Part shown: positions 26,354 through 36,165 of the stretch, piece after piece | Numbering within the stretch: position 1 is the stretch's first letter | Layout of the letters: every line of letters begins with the position of its first letter | Assembly: GCA_045111495.1 (NCBI GenBank) | Contig: JBGUGI010000097.1 | Span: forward strand, 1 to 44,620 | Source of the DNA: Bacilli bacterium | Lineage (GTDB): Bacteria; Bacillota_I; Bacilli_A; RFN20; CAG-826 | Length of the DNA stretch: 44,620 nt | Direction of reading: 5' to 3' | Notes under the pieces: model-generated | Told to the model about the DNA's origin: nothing | Database searches by the model: none | What the model saw: only the letters and a program-made list of their open reading frames with translations | Position numbers and translations under genes: made by a program

Positions 26354-28270
26354 CTATTTCATAGCCTTGATAAATAATTCGTTAATTTTATCTACAAAGG
26401 CTTTCTTATCAACGATTTCTCTGCCTTCAAGAAGCATTGCTTCTTCATAAAGAACACTCGCGTAATTCTTTACAGTTTCATCATCATTTTGAATCTTGGA
26501 GAATGCTTCAAATAATGGGTGGTTTGGATTGATTTCAAGAATCTTTTCCGCTTTAACGGTATCTTCCGCACCTGGTTGTTCGTTAAGTGTCTTTTCCATT
26601 TCTAGAGATAAGCCATCTTTAGTGGAAACACATACAGGAGCGTCCACGAGTTTAGAAGAAACAACGACATCATTGACCTTACCGTTTAACGCTTCTTTAA
26701 GAGTGTCTAATAATCTCTTATTGTCCGCGGTTACACTATCGATCTTTTCTTGTTCTTCTTTACTAACTTCAGAAGCGGATTCATCACTGATGGATTTGAA
26801 TTCAACCTTATCGTAATCACGTAGCATCATGATGCAGAATTCATCAATCTTTTGATCAAGCAATAGCACGTCTACGTTGTTTTTACGATATTTCTCTAAT
26901 TGAGGTAATAACTTAATCGCATCTAAGTTTTCACCGGATACAAAGTAGATGTATTTTTGGTCTTTAGCCATCTTCTCTTTATAGTCCGCTAAAGAGATGT
27001 ATTTATCTTCGTTATTCAATGAGTGGAACACCAAGGTATCTTGTAAGAGTTCTTTCTTTGCGCCATATGTGCTATAGATACCATATTTAATTAATTCACC
27101 AAAGCTCTTCCAGAAGGTGACATATTTATCAAAATCAGTTTTCTTAATATCTTTTAATTTATCAACAATCTTCTTTTCGACGTTTTCACTAATCTTTTGC
27201 ATGATTGGTGATTGTTGAAGCATTTCTCTAGAGATATTAAGTGAGAAGTCACCAGAATCCACGAGACCTTTAACAAACTTTAAGTAATCAGGAATCAATT
27301 CTTGGCATTTATCTTTGATAAAAATGCCCTTACTATAAAGTTGTAAACCTCTTTCATAAGAATCACTATAAAGGTTATATGGAATATGGCTTGGGATAAA
27401 TAACAATGCATCATAGGTGATCTTACCATCCACTCTCACAAATAAAGATGTTAATGGATTTTCATAATCACCGAATTTATTCTTATAGAATTCATTTAAG
27501 TCTTCATCACTGACTTCATTCTTATTCTTTTTCCAAAGAGGAATCATGGAGTTAAGAGTCTCTAAGACTTCTTTATCTTCATATTTACCTTCAACAGGTT
27601 TACCATCTTTATCTAAAACTTGTTCATGTTTAGTGACCATCATCTTAATTGGGTAACGGATATAGTCGCTATATTTCTTCACTAAGTTTTTAATGCGGTA
27701 TTCTTCTAAGAATGCATCATAGTCCACTTCTTTTGAAGATTTCTTAAGAGTTAAGGTAATCTCTGTACCACATTCTTCTTTATCGCATTCCTCAATGGTA
27801 TACGATTCTTGACCATCACTTGTGAATAAGTAACCTTGGCCGTTATATGTCTTAGTTTTCACTTGGATAGAGGATGCCACCATAAAGGCACTATAGAAGC
27901 CAACACCAAATTGACCAATGATGTTGAGATCTTGTTTTTCTTTGGCTTCTTTTAATTTACTAGCGAAGTCTTTGGAACCACTTTTAGCGATGGTACCAAG
28001 ATTGTTCACTAAGTCATCTTTATTCATACCAATACCGTTATCGGTAATGGTGATTGTTCTCTTTTTCTTATCTGCTTTAATGTTAATTTCAAAATCTTTA
28101 AGAGGGATTTCACCTTTGCTATTTAAAGCTTGGAAACGATATTTATCAATCGCATCAGAGGCATTACTAATGAGCTCTCTTAAAAAGATTTCATTATTGC
28201 TATAAATGGAGTTAATCATTAAATTGAGTAACTCTTTTGATTCAGTCTGAAATTGTTTTGTTTCTTTCAT
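26354..28270 (-). CDS. htpG: Hsp90-family chaperone HtpG
   Basis: The N-terminal GHKL motif ELISNASDAIDK is present, along with GQFGVGFYSAFMVA. Length (638 aa) and overall architecture fit. AGAGGA Shine-Dalgarno. Confidence 0.95.
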   Translation of the reverse strand: MKETKQFQTESKELLNLMINSIYSNNEIFLRELISNASDAIDKYRFQALNSKGEIPLKDFEINIKADKKKRTITITDNGIGMNKDDLVNNLGTIAKSGSKDFASKLKEAKEKQDLNIIGQFGVGFYSAFMVASSIQVKTKTYNGQGYLFTSDGQESYTIEECDKEECGTEITLTLKKSSKEVDYDAFLEEYRIKNLVKKYSDYIRYPIKMMVTKHEQVLDKDGKPVEGKYEDKEVLETLNSMIPLWKKNKNEVSDEDLNEFYKNKFGDYENPLTSLFVRVDGKITYDALLFIPSHIPYNLYSDSYERGLQLYSKGIFIKDKCQELIPDYLKFVKGLVDSGDFSLNISREMLQQSPIMQKISENVEKKIVDKLKDIKKTDFDKYVTFWKSFGELIKYGIYSTYGAKKELLQDTLVFHSLNNEDKYISLADYKEKMAKDQKYIYFVSGENLDAIKLLPQLEKYRKNNVDVLLLDQKIDEFCIMMLRDYDKVEFKSISDESASEVSKEEQEKIDSVTADNKRLLDTLKEALNGKVNDVVVSSKLVDAPVCVSTKDGLSLEMEKTLNEQPGAEDTVKAEKILEINPNHPLFEAFSKIQNDDETVKNYASVLYEEAMLLEGREIVDKKAFVDKINELFIKAMK

Positions 28271-28329
28271 ATTTATGTCCTCTTGTCATGTATGACAATC
28301 TACCATATTTAGTGTAGTCCCCTTTCCTT

Positions 28330-28358
28330 AAAAAATCACGGAGTTTTCACCCCGTGAT
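28330..28358 (-). terminator. Intrinsic terminator between hsp20 and htpG
   Basis: Minus strand reads ATCACGGGG-tgaaaa-CTCCGTGAT (9 bp, one G-U), followed by T6. Confidence 0.75.
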
Positions 28359-28408
28359 ATAAAAGCCAAAGCTTTTTACGAAAGGAGTCTATTCTTATTG
28401 ATTAGGAA

Positions 28409-28810
28409 TTAAGCGATTTGCACTAAGTGTTCCTTTTCAATCTCTTTTTCGCTGCGTTTTTTGATGTTAACTGTTAAGACACCGTTTTCAAGTTTCGCGG
28501 ATACATCTTCAAGTTTCACTGTATCGCCAACGTAGTATGAACGTGAGAATTCACCATAGCTTCTTTCTCTATAGATGTAGTCTTCGTCATTTTCTTCTTC
28601 CTTATTTAAGGTAGCAGTGACTTTAAGATAACCGTTTTCAAGAGTGATTCTTGTGTCTTCTTTCTTCACTTCAGGAAGTTCGATGAACATTTGATAATCG
28701 CTTTTGTTTTCTTTGATGTCAGTTTTCATCATGTGTGGTGCGGAACAGTTGTTTGCTCTAAGGAAAAATCTGTCGAAAAATGGATCGTAATTAGTAATAT
28801 AGTTTCTCAT
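28409..28810 (-). CDS. Small heat-shock protein (Hsp20/alpha-crystallin family)
   Basis: The alpha-crystallin domain shows DIKENKSDYQMFIELPEVKKED and ENGVLTVNI near the C-terminus. AAGGAGG Shine-Dalgarno lies 8 nt upstream. Confidence 0.9.
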   Translation of the reverse strand: MRNYITNYDPFFDRFFLRANNCSAPHMMKTDIKENKSDYQMFIELPEVKKEDTRITLENGYLKVTATLNKEEENDEDYIYRERSYGEFSRSYYVGDTVKLEDVSAKLENGVLTVNIKKRSEKEIEKEHLVQIA

Positions 28811-28835
28811 AATTCGTACCTCCTTATATTACCTT

Positions 28836-28862
28836 TTAGCACTCTTCCTCTTGGACTGCTAA
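28836..28862 (-). promoter_or_regulatory. CIRCE operator 1 (HrcA binding site) in the hsp20 5' leader
   Basis: TTAGCACTC-N9-GACTGCTAA against the consensus TTAGCACTC-N9-GAGTGCTAA (1 mismatch). Confidence 0.85.
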
Positions 28863-28869
28863 CACCTAC

Positions 28870-28897
28870 ATTATAACCTAAATTAGCACTCTGTCAA
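28870..28897 (-). promoter_or_regulatory. Consensus sigma-A-type promoter of hsp20 (TTGACA-16 nt-TATAAT)
   Basis: The -35 TTGACA is the reverse complement of 28892-28897, and the -10 TATAAT is the reverse complement of 28870-28875. The -35 lies in the spacer of CIRCE-2. Confidence 0.75.
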
Positions 28898-28909
28898 TAG
28901 GAGTGCCAA
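28883..28909 (-). promoter_or_regulatory. CIRCE operator 2 overlapping the hsp20 -35 box
   Basis: TTAGCACTC-N9-GAGTGCCAA (1 mismatch to consensus). Confidence 0.85.
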
Positions 28910-28938
28910 ATATTTTTTAAAATTATTTTATTAAATAA

Positions 28939-29634
28939 CTAGTTATTTAAATTTTTTAATATTTCTTGTAATTCAGGAGGTAATTCCGCGGAAAATACCT
29001 GGTTTTTTAAGTACGAAAATGTCCCTTTTATGTCCCCAAAAACAAGTTTATACGAGTGTAAAAACTGATTTTCAAAGTTAAATTTACGTTTAAATTCATT
29101 GTTTACTTTATAGTCACCATACTTAATATCGCCTACAACATGATGACGGATATATGACATATGCGCACGGATTTGATGAGTGCGGCCTGTCACTAATTGA
29201 ACATCTAATAATGTATAGCCATTAAATTTTTCTTTAACAAAGTATTTAGTAATAGCGGTTTTCGCACCACTTTTAAGCGGGGCCACGACCATTTTCTTAC
29301 GTTCATAGCTTTTTCTTAAAGGTGCGTCCACCACACCATCTTCATCAACTACACCCACTACTAAAGTTAAATAATGTTTTTCAACAATCGAGTGATCGTT
29401 AATGATATTAGCGAGTTCGCTCGCGCTTCTATTATCTTTAGCGAACACGATTAATCCAGATGTATCTTTATCTAAACGATTAATAAGCATCGCTTGTTTG
29501 TTTAAATATTGAGAAAGTAAAACATCTAAAGATACGTTGCCTTTATTACCATCGAACTGTGATAAAAGACCACGTGGTTTATTAATAATCACGAGATATT
29601 TATCTTCATAAACAATCAAGTCTTTAATGTTCAT
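28939..29634 (-). CDS. RluA-family pseudouridine synthase
   Basis: The catalytic-Asp motif NRLDKDTSGL and the motif GRTHQIRAHM are present. The start overlaps the addA stop as ATGA. Confidence 0.88.
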   Translation of the reverse strand: MNIKDLIVYEDKYLVIINKPRGLLSQFDGNKGNVSLDVLLSQYLNKQAMLINRLDKDTSGLIVFAKDNRSASELANIINDHSIVEKHYLTLVVGVVDEDGVVDAPLRKSYERKKMVVAPLKSGAKTAITKYFVKEKFNGYTLLDVQLVTGRTHQIRAHMSYIRHHVVGDIKYGDYKVNNEFKRKFNFENQFLHSYKLVFGDIKGTFSYLKNQVFSAELPPELQEILKNLNN

Positions 29635-32600
29635 TCTGGCTGGACCTCTTTTATTCTATTTTCGCTTAATGATAATAGATATAGATGCACGTGTTCCTTA
29701 TTTATATTAAATAGTGATTGCACGTTTCTTTGATAGACACGTAATTGTCTTTCATAAGCCTCATCATCAATAGAACGAGATTTATAGTCAACGATATAAC
29801 ACTCGCTACCTTTGAAATAAAGCAAATCAATAAATCCTGTTGTTTGTAATAGCTCATCATAATAACCATATTCTTTATAAATCTTTGCAATGCTTAAATC
29901 ATCAAACACTGGATTTGATAAAACACTATCGATAAGCTTTCGATCTTTTTCATTCTTAATGAATGATGTGTCTTTACTTACAAAGTCCACGAGTTCCATT
30001 AATCTATGGAGATAAATACCGCGCGTTAAGATTTGGTCTGGAACAGTATCCTCAAGTGATTCTTCATAGTGACGCTGCTTACTCGCTCTTTCTTTGATGA
30101 TTTCTGGGAAAGAGATTTTTGTATCATCGGTTGGTAAATCAAGGAACTTAGCAATCACATCTTCAGCGTCATAATCGGTATAGCCGTGTTCAAATTCGTT
30201 ATAGTCATAAGCGATAACATGATCTTTGAAATCTTTATTTTCATATGATTCGAATAAGAAGCGTTTTTGATCATCAAAGAATCTCACGAATACTGGCATT
30301 AAAACATCAAATAGGCCATACGGGATATTATCTACGGTTAAACTCTTCATTTCTTTAGCTTTGGTTGAACCAAGGAAATACGCTAAGTCAGCATCACATA
30401 TCGCGGTGACAAATTCATTAATGGCTTGGCCTAAATCCGCGGGCGCTTCGTTGTCTTCGTTAGCAACCGCTTCTAGTTCTTCAAATGAGGCAAATTCATC
30501 ATTATATTTATATAAAGCGTAAACATTCGCATCATTATTCGCATCACGTGTCATATTAACGAATTCTAAATAGTATTCTTTGAATAAGTCATAAAGCATG
30601 TGATGCACTTGTTCATTTAAAAGATTGGTTAGATTATCAGAATAATATTTATTAAATAATTTGTTATAAGTTTGATAACTACTTTCACTAAGGTCATCTT
30701 TTGACATTAAATGGATGCCTTTAATAATCTCAATAGTATTGAGATAGTTTTGATATTTAACTTTGTCGATTTTATGTTCTTTAATCTTCTTAATAGCGTA
30801 TTCTTCATCGAGTTTTAAATAATGTGGTAAATATGAAAGCATGCCATAGAGGTTTTCACTCTTCTTATCGCCTTCTTCATCTTTTGGTCGATCACCAACG
30901 ATGTAGACAATATTTTCTGCGCGAGTTAAAGCCACATAGAACAAACGTACATGTTCATCCCTTTCTGGATCTTTATCACTCTTCTTGATTAATAAACTTG
31001 GTAATGTTTCATAAACCACACTATTGACGTTATCTTCTTCATCAACGTCATTTTCATCGTAGTTGTAATAAGGAAGAACGATGCCATAGTTTTCATCAAA
31101 GATATAATCTGGTTTTTCAGAGTTGTTACCAGTGGACATCTTGTTAAAGCTAACTGGAAGATAAACAATCTTTTGTTCCAAACCTTTAGAAGCATGAATG
31201 GTCATCATATCCACCGCTTTTGCGGTCTTCACTGTCGTATCAGCGGAAATACCCATCGCATATTTATCAATAATCTTTAATAAATTAACAAATTCTTCTA
31301 AACCATCGCCCATGTCTTCTTGAGAAGATAAAATAGCGGCGAGAGATTCAATCTTACTGACGTTATTTTCAATATCACCGATATAACATAAGTTAGTGAC
31401 GATACCAAAATCATTAATCATGTTAGTGAAGAATTCATAAGCACTGGAATCTCTATTTTTCTCCACAAACGCATGCACGTCTTGCATGATTTTATCTTCA
31501 TCCATCTTTGATTCATCATGGTCTTTTAGAATATCGTAGATAACTTGGTCTTTATAACGATAGATATAACTACGGGCAACAGAAGCAAACAAAAGATCCT
31601 TTTGACTATTAAGTCCTTCATACATTTCGTTAGCGATTAATTCTACGAGAGATTGAATGAGTAAAATAGCGTTAATCTCTCTTAGGTCACCTTTAAGTTT
31701 GTTATTTAAAAGGATATTACATTCTTTAAATATTCTTTGATAATCATCGAACCCTTTAGTGGTTCTCATAATGATGACAAAGTCATCATAATCACAATCC
31801 ATTAATTTAGAACCTTCACTAGTGCGTTTATAGATTTGGAAATGATTATCTACTTTCTCTTTGATGTCATGCGCAATAGCGTAAGCTTCCCAAAGAGCGG
31901 CACTCTTTTCAGGGAAAGCATCATTATCTTTACCACTTATGGAAGTGATACGAGAAACACCAAAGTCTTCATACTTATAATTGCTATATAGACCAACTTC
32001 ATCATCGTATTCTAAACTCTCATTACCAAAGGCATAATCAATACCGCCATGGGCTAAAGTCATATAGAAATTGAAGACGTGATTGATTTCATGAAGCAAA
32101 GCTTTGCCTGAACGATAGTTCTTATGCATAGTAATGACTCTATGCCCTTCACCACTTCTATAGTCTTCTTGTCTTTTGACAAATAATTCAACTTTGGAAT
32201 TTCTAAAACCATAAATGGCTTGCTTAGCATCACCAACGCAGAAGAGATGGGCTCTTGAGCCATCTTCTTTTTCTTTCAAAAGACTATTAATAATATCTTC
32301 TTGAAAATCATTCGTGTCTTGATATTCATCCACCATGATGAACTTGAATTGATTGCGGACACTCTTTGCAGCGGCTTCATATTTAGGATTAGTTAAAAGA
32401 GAAACAGCTTTTAAAAGGATGTCATTAAATTCAAATGAGTTAGTGACACGTTTATAATCATTAACGCCTTTATCTAATTCCTTAATGATTTCTAGCATCA
32501 AAGCGATATCATCTTGGAAGTATTTGAGCTTATCAATTTCTTTATCAAAACTATCAATTAAGAGAAGAGAATCTAATCTCTTATCATCGCCCTTAAATAA

Positions 32601-33551
32601 GCTTCTAAAGATTTTATTAACTTCGATATCTTTATCGCTTTCAAAGTCTTTCCCTTTCATTCTTGAAGGGAGAAGTGTTTCATCGCTAGCTAGCTCTTTG
32701 ATCTTCTTTAAGAAACCATTAGGTTCGCTTCTTAAAGCTTCTTTTAATATTTGATAGGTTTTTTGGTTATAAGGATCATTAGCGAAACTACATAAGTTTT
32801 CATCAATTTCAAAAGCGTCTTTATTGCTAAATAACTGTGCGATTAAAGCGGGGTTATCCCCAAATATGACGTCATAATTCTTTTCAATAAAGTAGGCTTC
32901 TTTCATCGTATCAACAATTGTGCGTTTATTCGCGGCCACTAGTTCATTAATAACTCTTTTAAAGTAAACTTCGCTAAGATATTTTTCATCATAGTGATTA
33001 ATGATTTGTTCTTTCTTCTCTAAAGAGAGTTTGTCTAATTGTTTATACAAATCTAAAATGACCGTCTTAGTGTTTTCGTCACCAGACATATTAAATTTAC
33101 AAAGTGTCTTAATTAATCTTTGACGTTTATTTTCATCAACGTAATAACCATGTAATATCTCATCTAATAAGACATTCTTTTTTGCTGTTATAACATCAGA
33201 GTTAGCTAAGTTGATATTGGAAGAGATACCTAAAACATCAGCGTATGAGGCCACTAAATATCTGGCAAATGAGTCAAATGTTTGGATGTGCGCACATGCG
33301 ACTTGCTCAGCAATATCGTCTTGATGATTATCTTTGAATACTTTGATAATTCTATTACGCATTTCATGAGCGGCGTTATCAGTGAAAGTAAGCACTAATA
33401 ATTCACTTGGTTTAACTTCACCATTAGCGATGATTCGATAAACTTTTTCTGCGAGAGTTTTGGTTTTACCAGAACCCGCACCGGCGGCCACTAAAACATC
33501 TTCCGTAATTGGAGCGGTAATCGCAGATAATTGATCTTTATTAAAACCCAT
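29631..33551 (-). CDS. addA: ATP-dependent helicase/nuclease subunit A (AddA/RexA)
   Basis: Walker A AGAGSGKT, the UvrD-type motifs VDEYQDT and the arginine-finger motif LFYVALTRA, and a C-terminal RecB-type nuclease (IDLLY ... IVDYKS). I prefer the ATG at 33551, with AAAGGAG 10 nt upstream and 2 nt after the addB stop, over the TTG at 33584. Confidence 0.9.
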   Translation of the reverse strand: MGFNKDQLSAITAPITEDVLVAAGAGSGKTKTLAEKVYRIIANGEVKPSELLVLTFTDNAAHEMRNRIIKVFKDNHQDDIAEQVACAHIQTFDSFARYLVASYADVLGISSNINLANSDVITAKKNVLLDEILHGYYVDENKRQRLIKTLCKFNMSGDENTKTVILDLYKQLDKLSLEKKEQIINHYDEKYLSEVYFKRVINELVAANKRTIVDTMKEAYFIEKNYDVIFGDNPALIAQLFSNKDAFEIDENLCSFANDPYNQKTYQILKEALRSEPNGFLKKIKELASDETLLPSRMKGKDFESDKDIEVNKIFRSLFKGDDKRLDSLLLIDSFDKEIDKLKYFQDDIALMLEIIKELDKGVNDYKRVTNSFEFNDILLKAVSLLTNPKYEAAAKSVRNQFKFIMVDEYQDTNDFQEDIINSLLKEKEDGSRAHLFCVGDAKQAIYGFRNSKVELFVKRQEDYRSGEGHRVITMHKNYRSGKALLHEINHVFNFYMTLAHGGIDYAFGNESLEYDDEVGLYSNYKYEDFGVSRITSISGKDNDAFPEKSAALWEAYAIAHDIKEKVDNHFQIYKRTSEGSKLMDCDYDDFVIIMRTTKGFDDYQRIFKECNILLNNKLKGDLREINAILLIQSLVELIANEMYEGLNSQKDLLFASVARSYIYRYKDQVIYDILKDHDESKMDEDKIMQDVHAFVEKNRDSSAYEFFTNMINDFGIVTNLCYIGDIENNVSKIESLAAILSSQEDMGDGLEEFVNLLKIIDKYAMGISADTTVKTAKAVDMMTIHASKGLEQKIVYLPVSFNKMSTGNNSEKPDYIFDENYGIVLPYYNYDENDVDEEDNVNSVVYETLPSLLIKKSDKDPERDEHVRLFYVALTRAENIVYIVGDRPKDEEGDKKSENLYGMLSYLPHYLKLDEEYAIKKIKEHKIDKVKYQNYLNTIEIIKGIHLMSKDDLSESSYQTYNKLFNKYYSDNLTNLLNEQVHHMLYDLFKEYYLEFVNMTRDANNDANVYALYKYNDEFASFEELEAVANEDNEAPADLGQAINEFVTAICDADLAYFLGSTKAKEMKSLTVDNIPYGLFDVLMPVFVRFFDDQKRFLFESYENKDFKDHVIAYDYNEFEHGYTDYDAEDVIAKFLDLPTDDTKISFPEIIKERASKQRHYEESLEDTVPDQILTRGIYLHRLMELVDFVSKDTSFIKNEKDRKLIDSVLSNPVFDDLSIAKIYKEYGYYDELLQTTGFIDLLYFKGSECYIVDYKSRSIDDEAYERQLRVYQRNVQSLFNINKEHVHLYLLSLSENRIKEVQPE

Positions 33552-33553
33552 AC

Positions 33554-35995
33554 CTACTTTTCTCCTTTCTGGAATCGTTTCCAAATCTTCTTACGGTAAT
33601 CCACCGCGTCTGATTTATCGTGATAGCATACTGCCTTATAAGGGCAATATGTACACACTAGTTTTTTATCGTTGAATTCACTTGGGGATAATGAAGTTGG
33701 AGCGATTGGGAAATCCGCTTCACAAATACGATGAATTGTCTCAATAGCCGCCTCCTTAGCGTCTTCCACTAAATCGTTTAAATTATATTTATCAATAAGA
33801 ACTTTCTTATTATCAATGATTTGTTCATCACCTTCAGGATCATTAAATTGATTCTTAACTTGCAGTAAATTAGTGCCCTTGGTCACTACTTTACCTGTTT
33901 TAGTGTTGAACGCTGATGGGTCAACAGAGATGATATAGTTTGTATCTTGATTATTAATACCGGATAAACGGAAAGAACTAATGAGATTCTTTTCCATTAA
34001 ACGTGGAGTGTTGTTATCTTTGAAACCAGATTTAATGCTATTGAAATAAAGGTGTTGGATATAAAAGCCTCCAAAGACACCGCCTTTCGTATAGAAATCT
34101 GGTTGGATGTTCTCTTCAATCGCATAGTAATAAAGAGGTAACTGAATAGATTTATCAAGGAATACTTCTAATGGTTTAAATGATTCACTACCGGACTTAT
34201 AGTCGACGATTGAGTAATACTTTTTATCATTAAGTTCAGTGACCATGATTTTATCAATACGACCACTGAAGTTATATGTTTCACCTTGGTTATCTTCTAA
34301 TTTGAATTTAATACTTAATTCATAATCATCTTCCACTGGTTTAGCAAAAGAGATATCATCACTGACCTTACGATAAGTCTTAATGAGTTTTCTTAACCAA
34401 TGCTTAATGATTTCTAAAGATGCTAGTTCTTCTGGAGTTGGTTCTATTTCGTTTTTCTCAAACTCTTTTAAGAACGTTTCTTCCCCTTCTTTAAAAGCTT
34501 CTTCTAAATTAAAGTCAGAATGATTAAACTTCTCAAACACCTTATGGATGAAGGTACCATTAAATCTTCTTGAGTAATCATCTCTTTTAATAGGAATAAG
34601 AATATTTAAGTAATATTTGAAAGGACAGTTGATATACGTTTCTAAATTAGTGATATACCAAGTATCTTTTTTAAAGTCATTACCACATTCAATTGGTGTG
34701 TATCTTTGATCGTACGTACGATAGAAGTATTCGCTTACCCTAGCGTTTTCTTTATCTAATATCATTGAACGACGAATATCAGATGCCTCGCTTGTAAATG
34801 TTGGAAAGAAGAGAGTGTCATCTTCCATTTTGATATTATCTTTCCAACCGAGTTCGTCCACTAAAGGAGAATCGTAGATCAGTTCGTTTAAGTGCTTTTT
34901 AACACGGGAAAGAATAGCGACGTTATTGTGTCTTAAGAAGTTAATCTTATTTCTTCTTTCCACTGCGGTTTTTTGATAAGAAGTGTTATAACCGATTTCT
35001 TTTAAGATAGTGTCTGGCAAGACATTATCGTCTTGATAAATCTTATAGAACTTATTGGAATTGAAATTAGTGACGTAGGTAAAGTATTCAGGATTAAACG
35101 TGAATTTATTAGAAATAACAATGCCCTTGTTGCCCACTGGGATACGAGTGTTTTTAGAGGCCACTATTTCTAACAAATTAGCGTACCCTATTTCAAAACT
35201 ATCAAGATGACTTAAATCATAATAATCAATTAAATCTTTAAGCGCTTTAACGTCTTGATCTTCTAGTTCTTCTTCATTAAAAGCAAACTCTTTGGAGTTA
35301 TATATTTCATTAATTTTAGCTTTGACCTTTTTAACGGATAATAATGGCCTTTCTTCGATGTAGCAGACTGGTAAATCAAATAGGTCACTCATGATTTTGA
35401 CATAGAAGATATCTTCATCACCATTGATGATAATTCTGTGCTTTTGATTAACGTTTTCTTTAACCTTGTCTCTAATCCAAGAGAAGATATAAAGGAACTG
35501 CGACATCTTGTTTTCGAAATAGATGATATTAGGGCTGATATAAGCATTATTCTTAACAAGCTCTAAATCCTCTAATCTTAATTGTTCATATGCTAGACCG
35601 TTTCTATTCATGAACTCTTGAATAGCGGCGTCATATTTCATTTCAAACAAGAAGATATGGCTATCTTTTAATTCATATAGGCCATACTCGTCTTTAACTA
35701 AGTAGCCATCATCATTTAAATCATTGAATAATTCTTGAAGGCATTTGTTTTTAGAAACATCCGCGGTTAAAAGAATATCTAAATACTTTTTAGCTTTCTT
35801 ATAACCAATACCCTTTTTAAGTAAGAATGGAATTGGATCTTTAGCAAAAGAATAGGAGACCTTATTAATTAATTCATGACGGGAAATAATCTTAATATCT
35901 AATTCGGGATATTTATTTTTAAAGAGGAAAAGCGCGGATTGATAATCAAAATCCGCGACAATGATGTTTTTATCTTTAGAAAATATCTCGCGCAT
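33554..35995 (-). CDS. addB: Helicase/nuclease subunit B, RexB-type (no N-terminal Walker A)
   Basis: The C-terminal nuclease motif is GRIDKIM ... IVDYKSG. Candidate Fe-S cysteines are INCPFKYY upstream and CTYCPYKAVC downstream. There is no GxxGxGK[ST] anywhere in the protein. It sits directly upstream of addA. Confidence 0.85.
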   Translation of the reverse strand: MREIFSKDKNIIVADFDYQSALFLFKNKYPELDIKIISRHELINKVSYSFAKDPIPFLLKKGIGYKKAKKYLDILLTADVSKNKCLQELFNDLNDDGYLVKDEYGLYELKDSHIFLFEMKYDAAIQEFMNRNGLAYEQLRLEDLELVKNNAYISPNIIYFENKMSQFLYIFSWIRDKVKENVNQKHRIIINGDEDIFYVKIMSDLFDLPVCYIEERPLLSVKKVKAKINEIYNSKEFAFNEEELEDQDVKALKDLIDYYDLSHLDSFEIGYANLLEIVASKNTRIPVGNKGIVISNKFTFNPEYFTYVTNFNSNKFYKIYQDDNVLPDTILKEIGYNTSYQKTAVERRNKINFLRHNNVAILSRVKKHLNELIYDSPLVDELGWKDNIKMEDDTLFFPTFTSEASDIRRSMILDKENARVSEYFYRTYDQRYTPIECGNDFKKDTWYITNLETYINCPFKYYLNILIPIKRDDYSRRFNGTFIHKVFEKFNHSDFNLEEAFKEGEETFLKEFEKNEIEPTPEELASLEIIKHWLRKLIKTYRKVSDDISFAKPVEDDYELSIKFKLEDNQGETYNFSGRIDKIMVTELNDKKYYSIVDYKSGSESFKPLEVFLDKSIQLPLYYYAIEENIQPDFYTKGGVFGGFYIQHLYFNSIKSGFKDNNTPRLMEKNLISSFRLSGINNQDTNYIISVDPSAFNTKTGKVVTKGTNLLQVKNQFNDPEGDEQIIDNKKVLIDKYNLNDLVEDAKEAAIETIHRICEADFPIAPTSLSPSEFNDKKLVCTYCPYKAVCYHDKSDAVDYRKKIWKRFQKGEK

Positions 35996-36001
35996 ATATT
36001 A

Positions 36002-36007
36002 ATTATA
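36002..36007 (-). promoter_or_regulatory. -10 box (TATAAT) placed 6 nt from the addB ATG, making a candidate leaderless promoter
   Basis: Minus strand reads TATAAT-taatat-ATGCGC, with no Shine-Dalgarno. TTTAAA lies 17 nt upstream as a weak -35. Confidence 0.45.
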
Positions 36008-36165
36008 AAATACTTTTCTTAATTTTAAAAAAATTATTAAAAGTTTTTAACTTATTGAAAATAAATAGTTTGAGACCACATCAAAACAATATTTGCTTTT
36101 CAAATAGTTTCTCTTTAAGATAGGCGGTTTATTGAATATAATATATTCATTGCGAGGTAACTCTT

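Noticed and set aside
33552-33584. Upstream TTG start giving addA an 11-codon extension overlapping addB
   Set aside because: The ATG at 33551 has AAAGGAG at proper spacing and begins just before the conserved region leading to the Walker A motif. The TTG has no Shine-Dalgarno.
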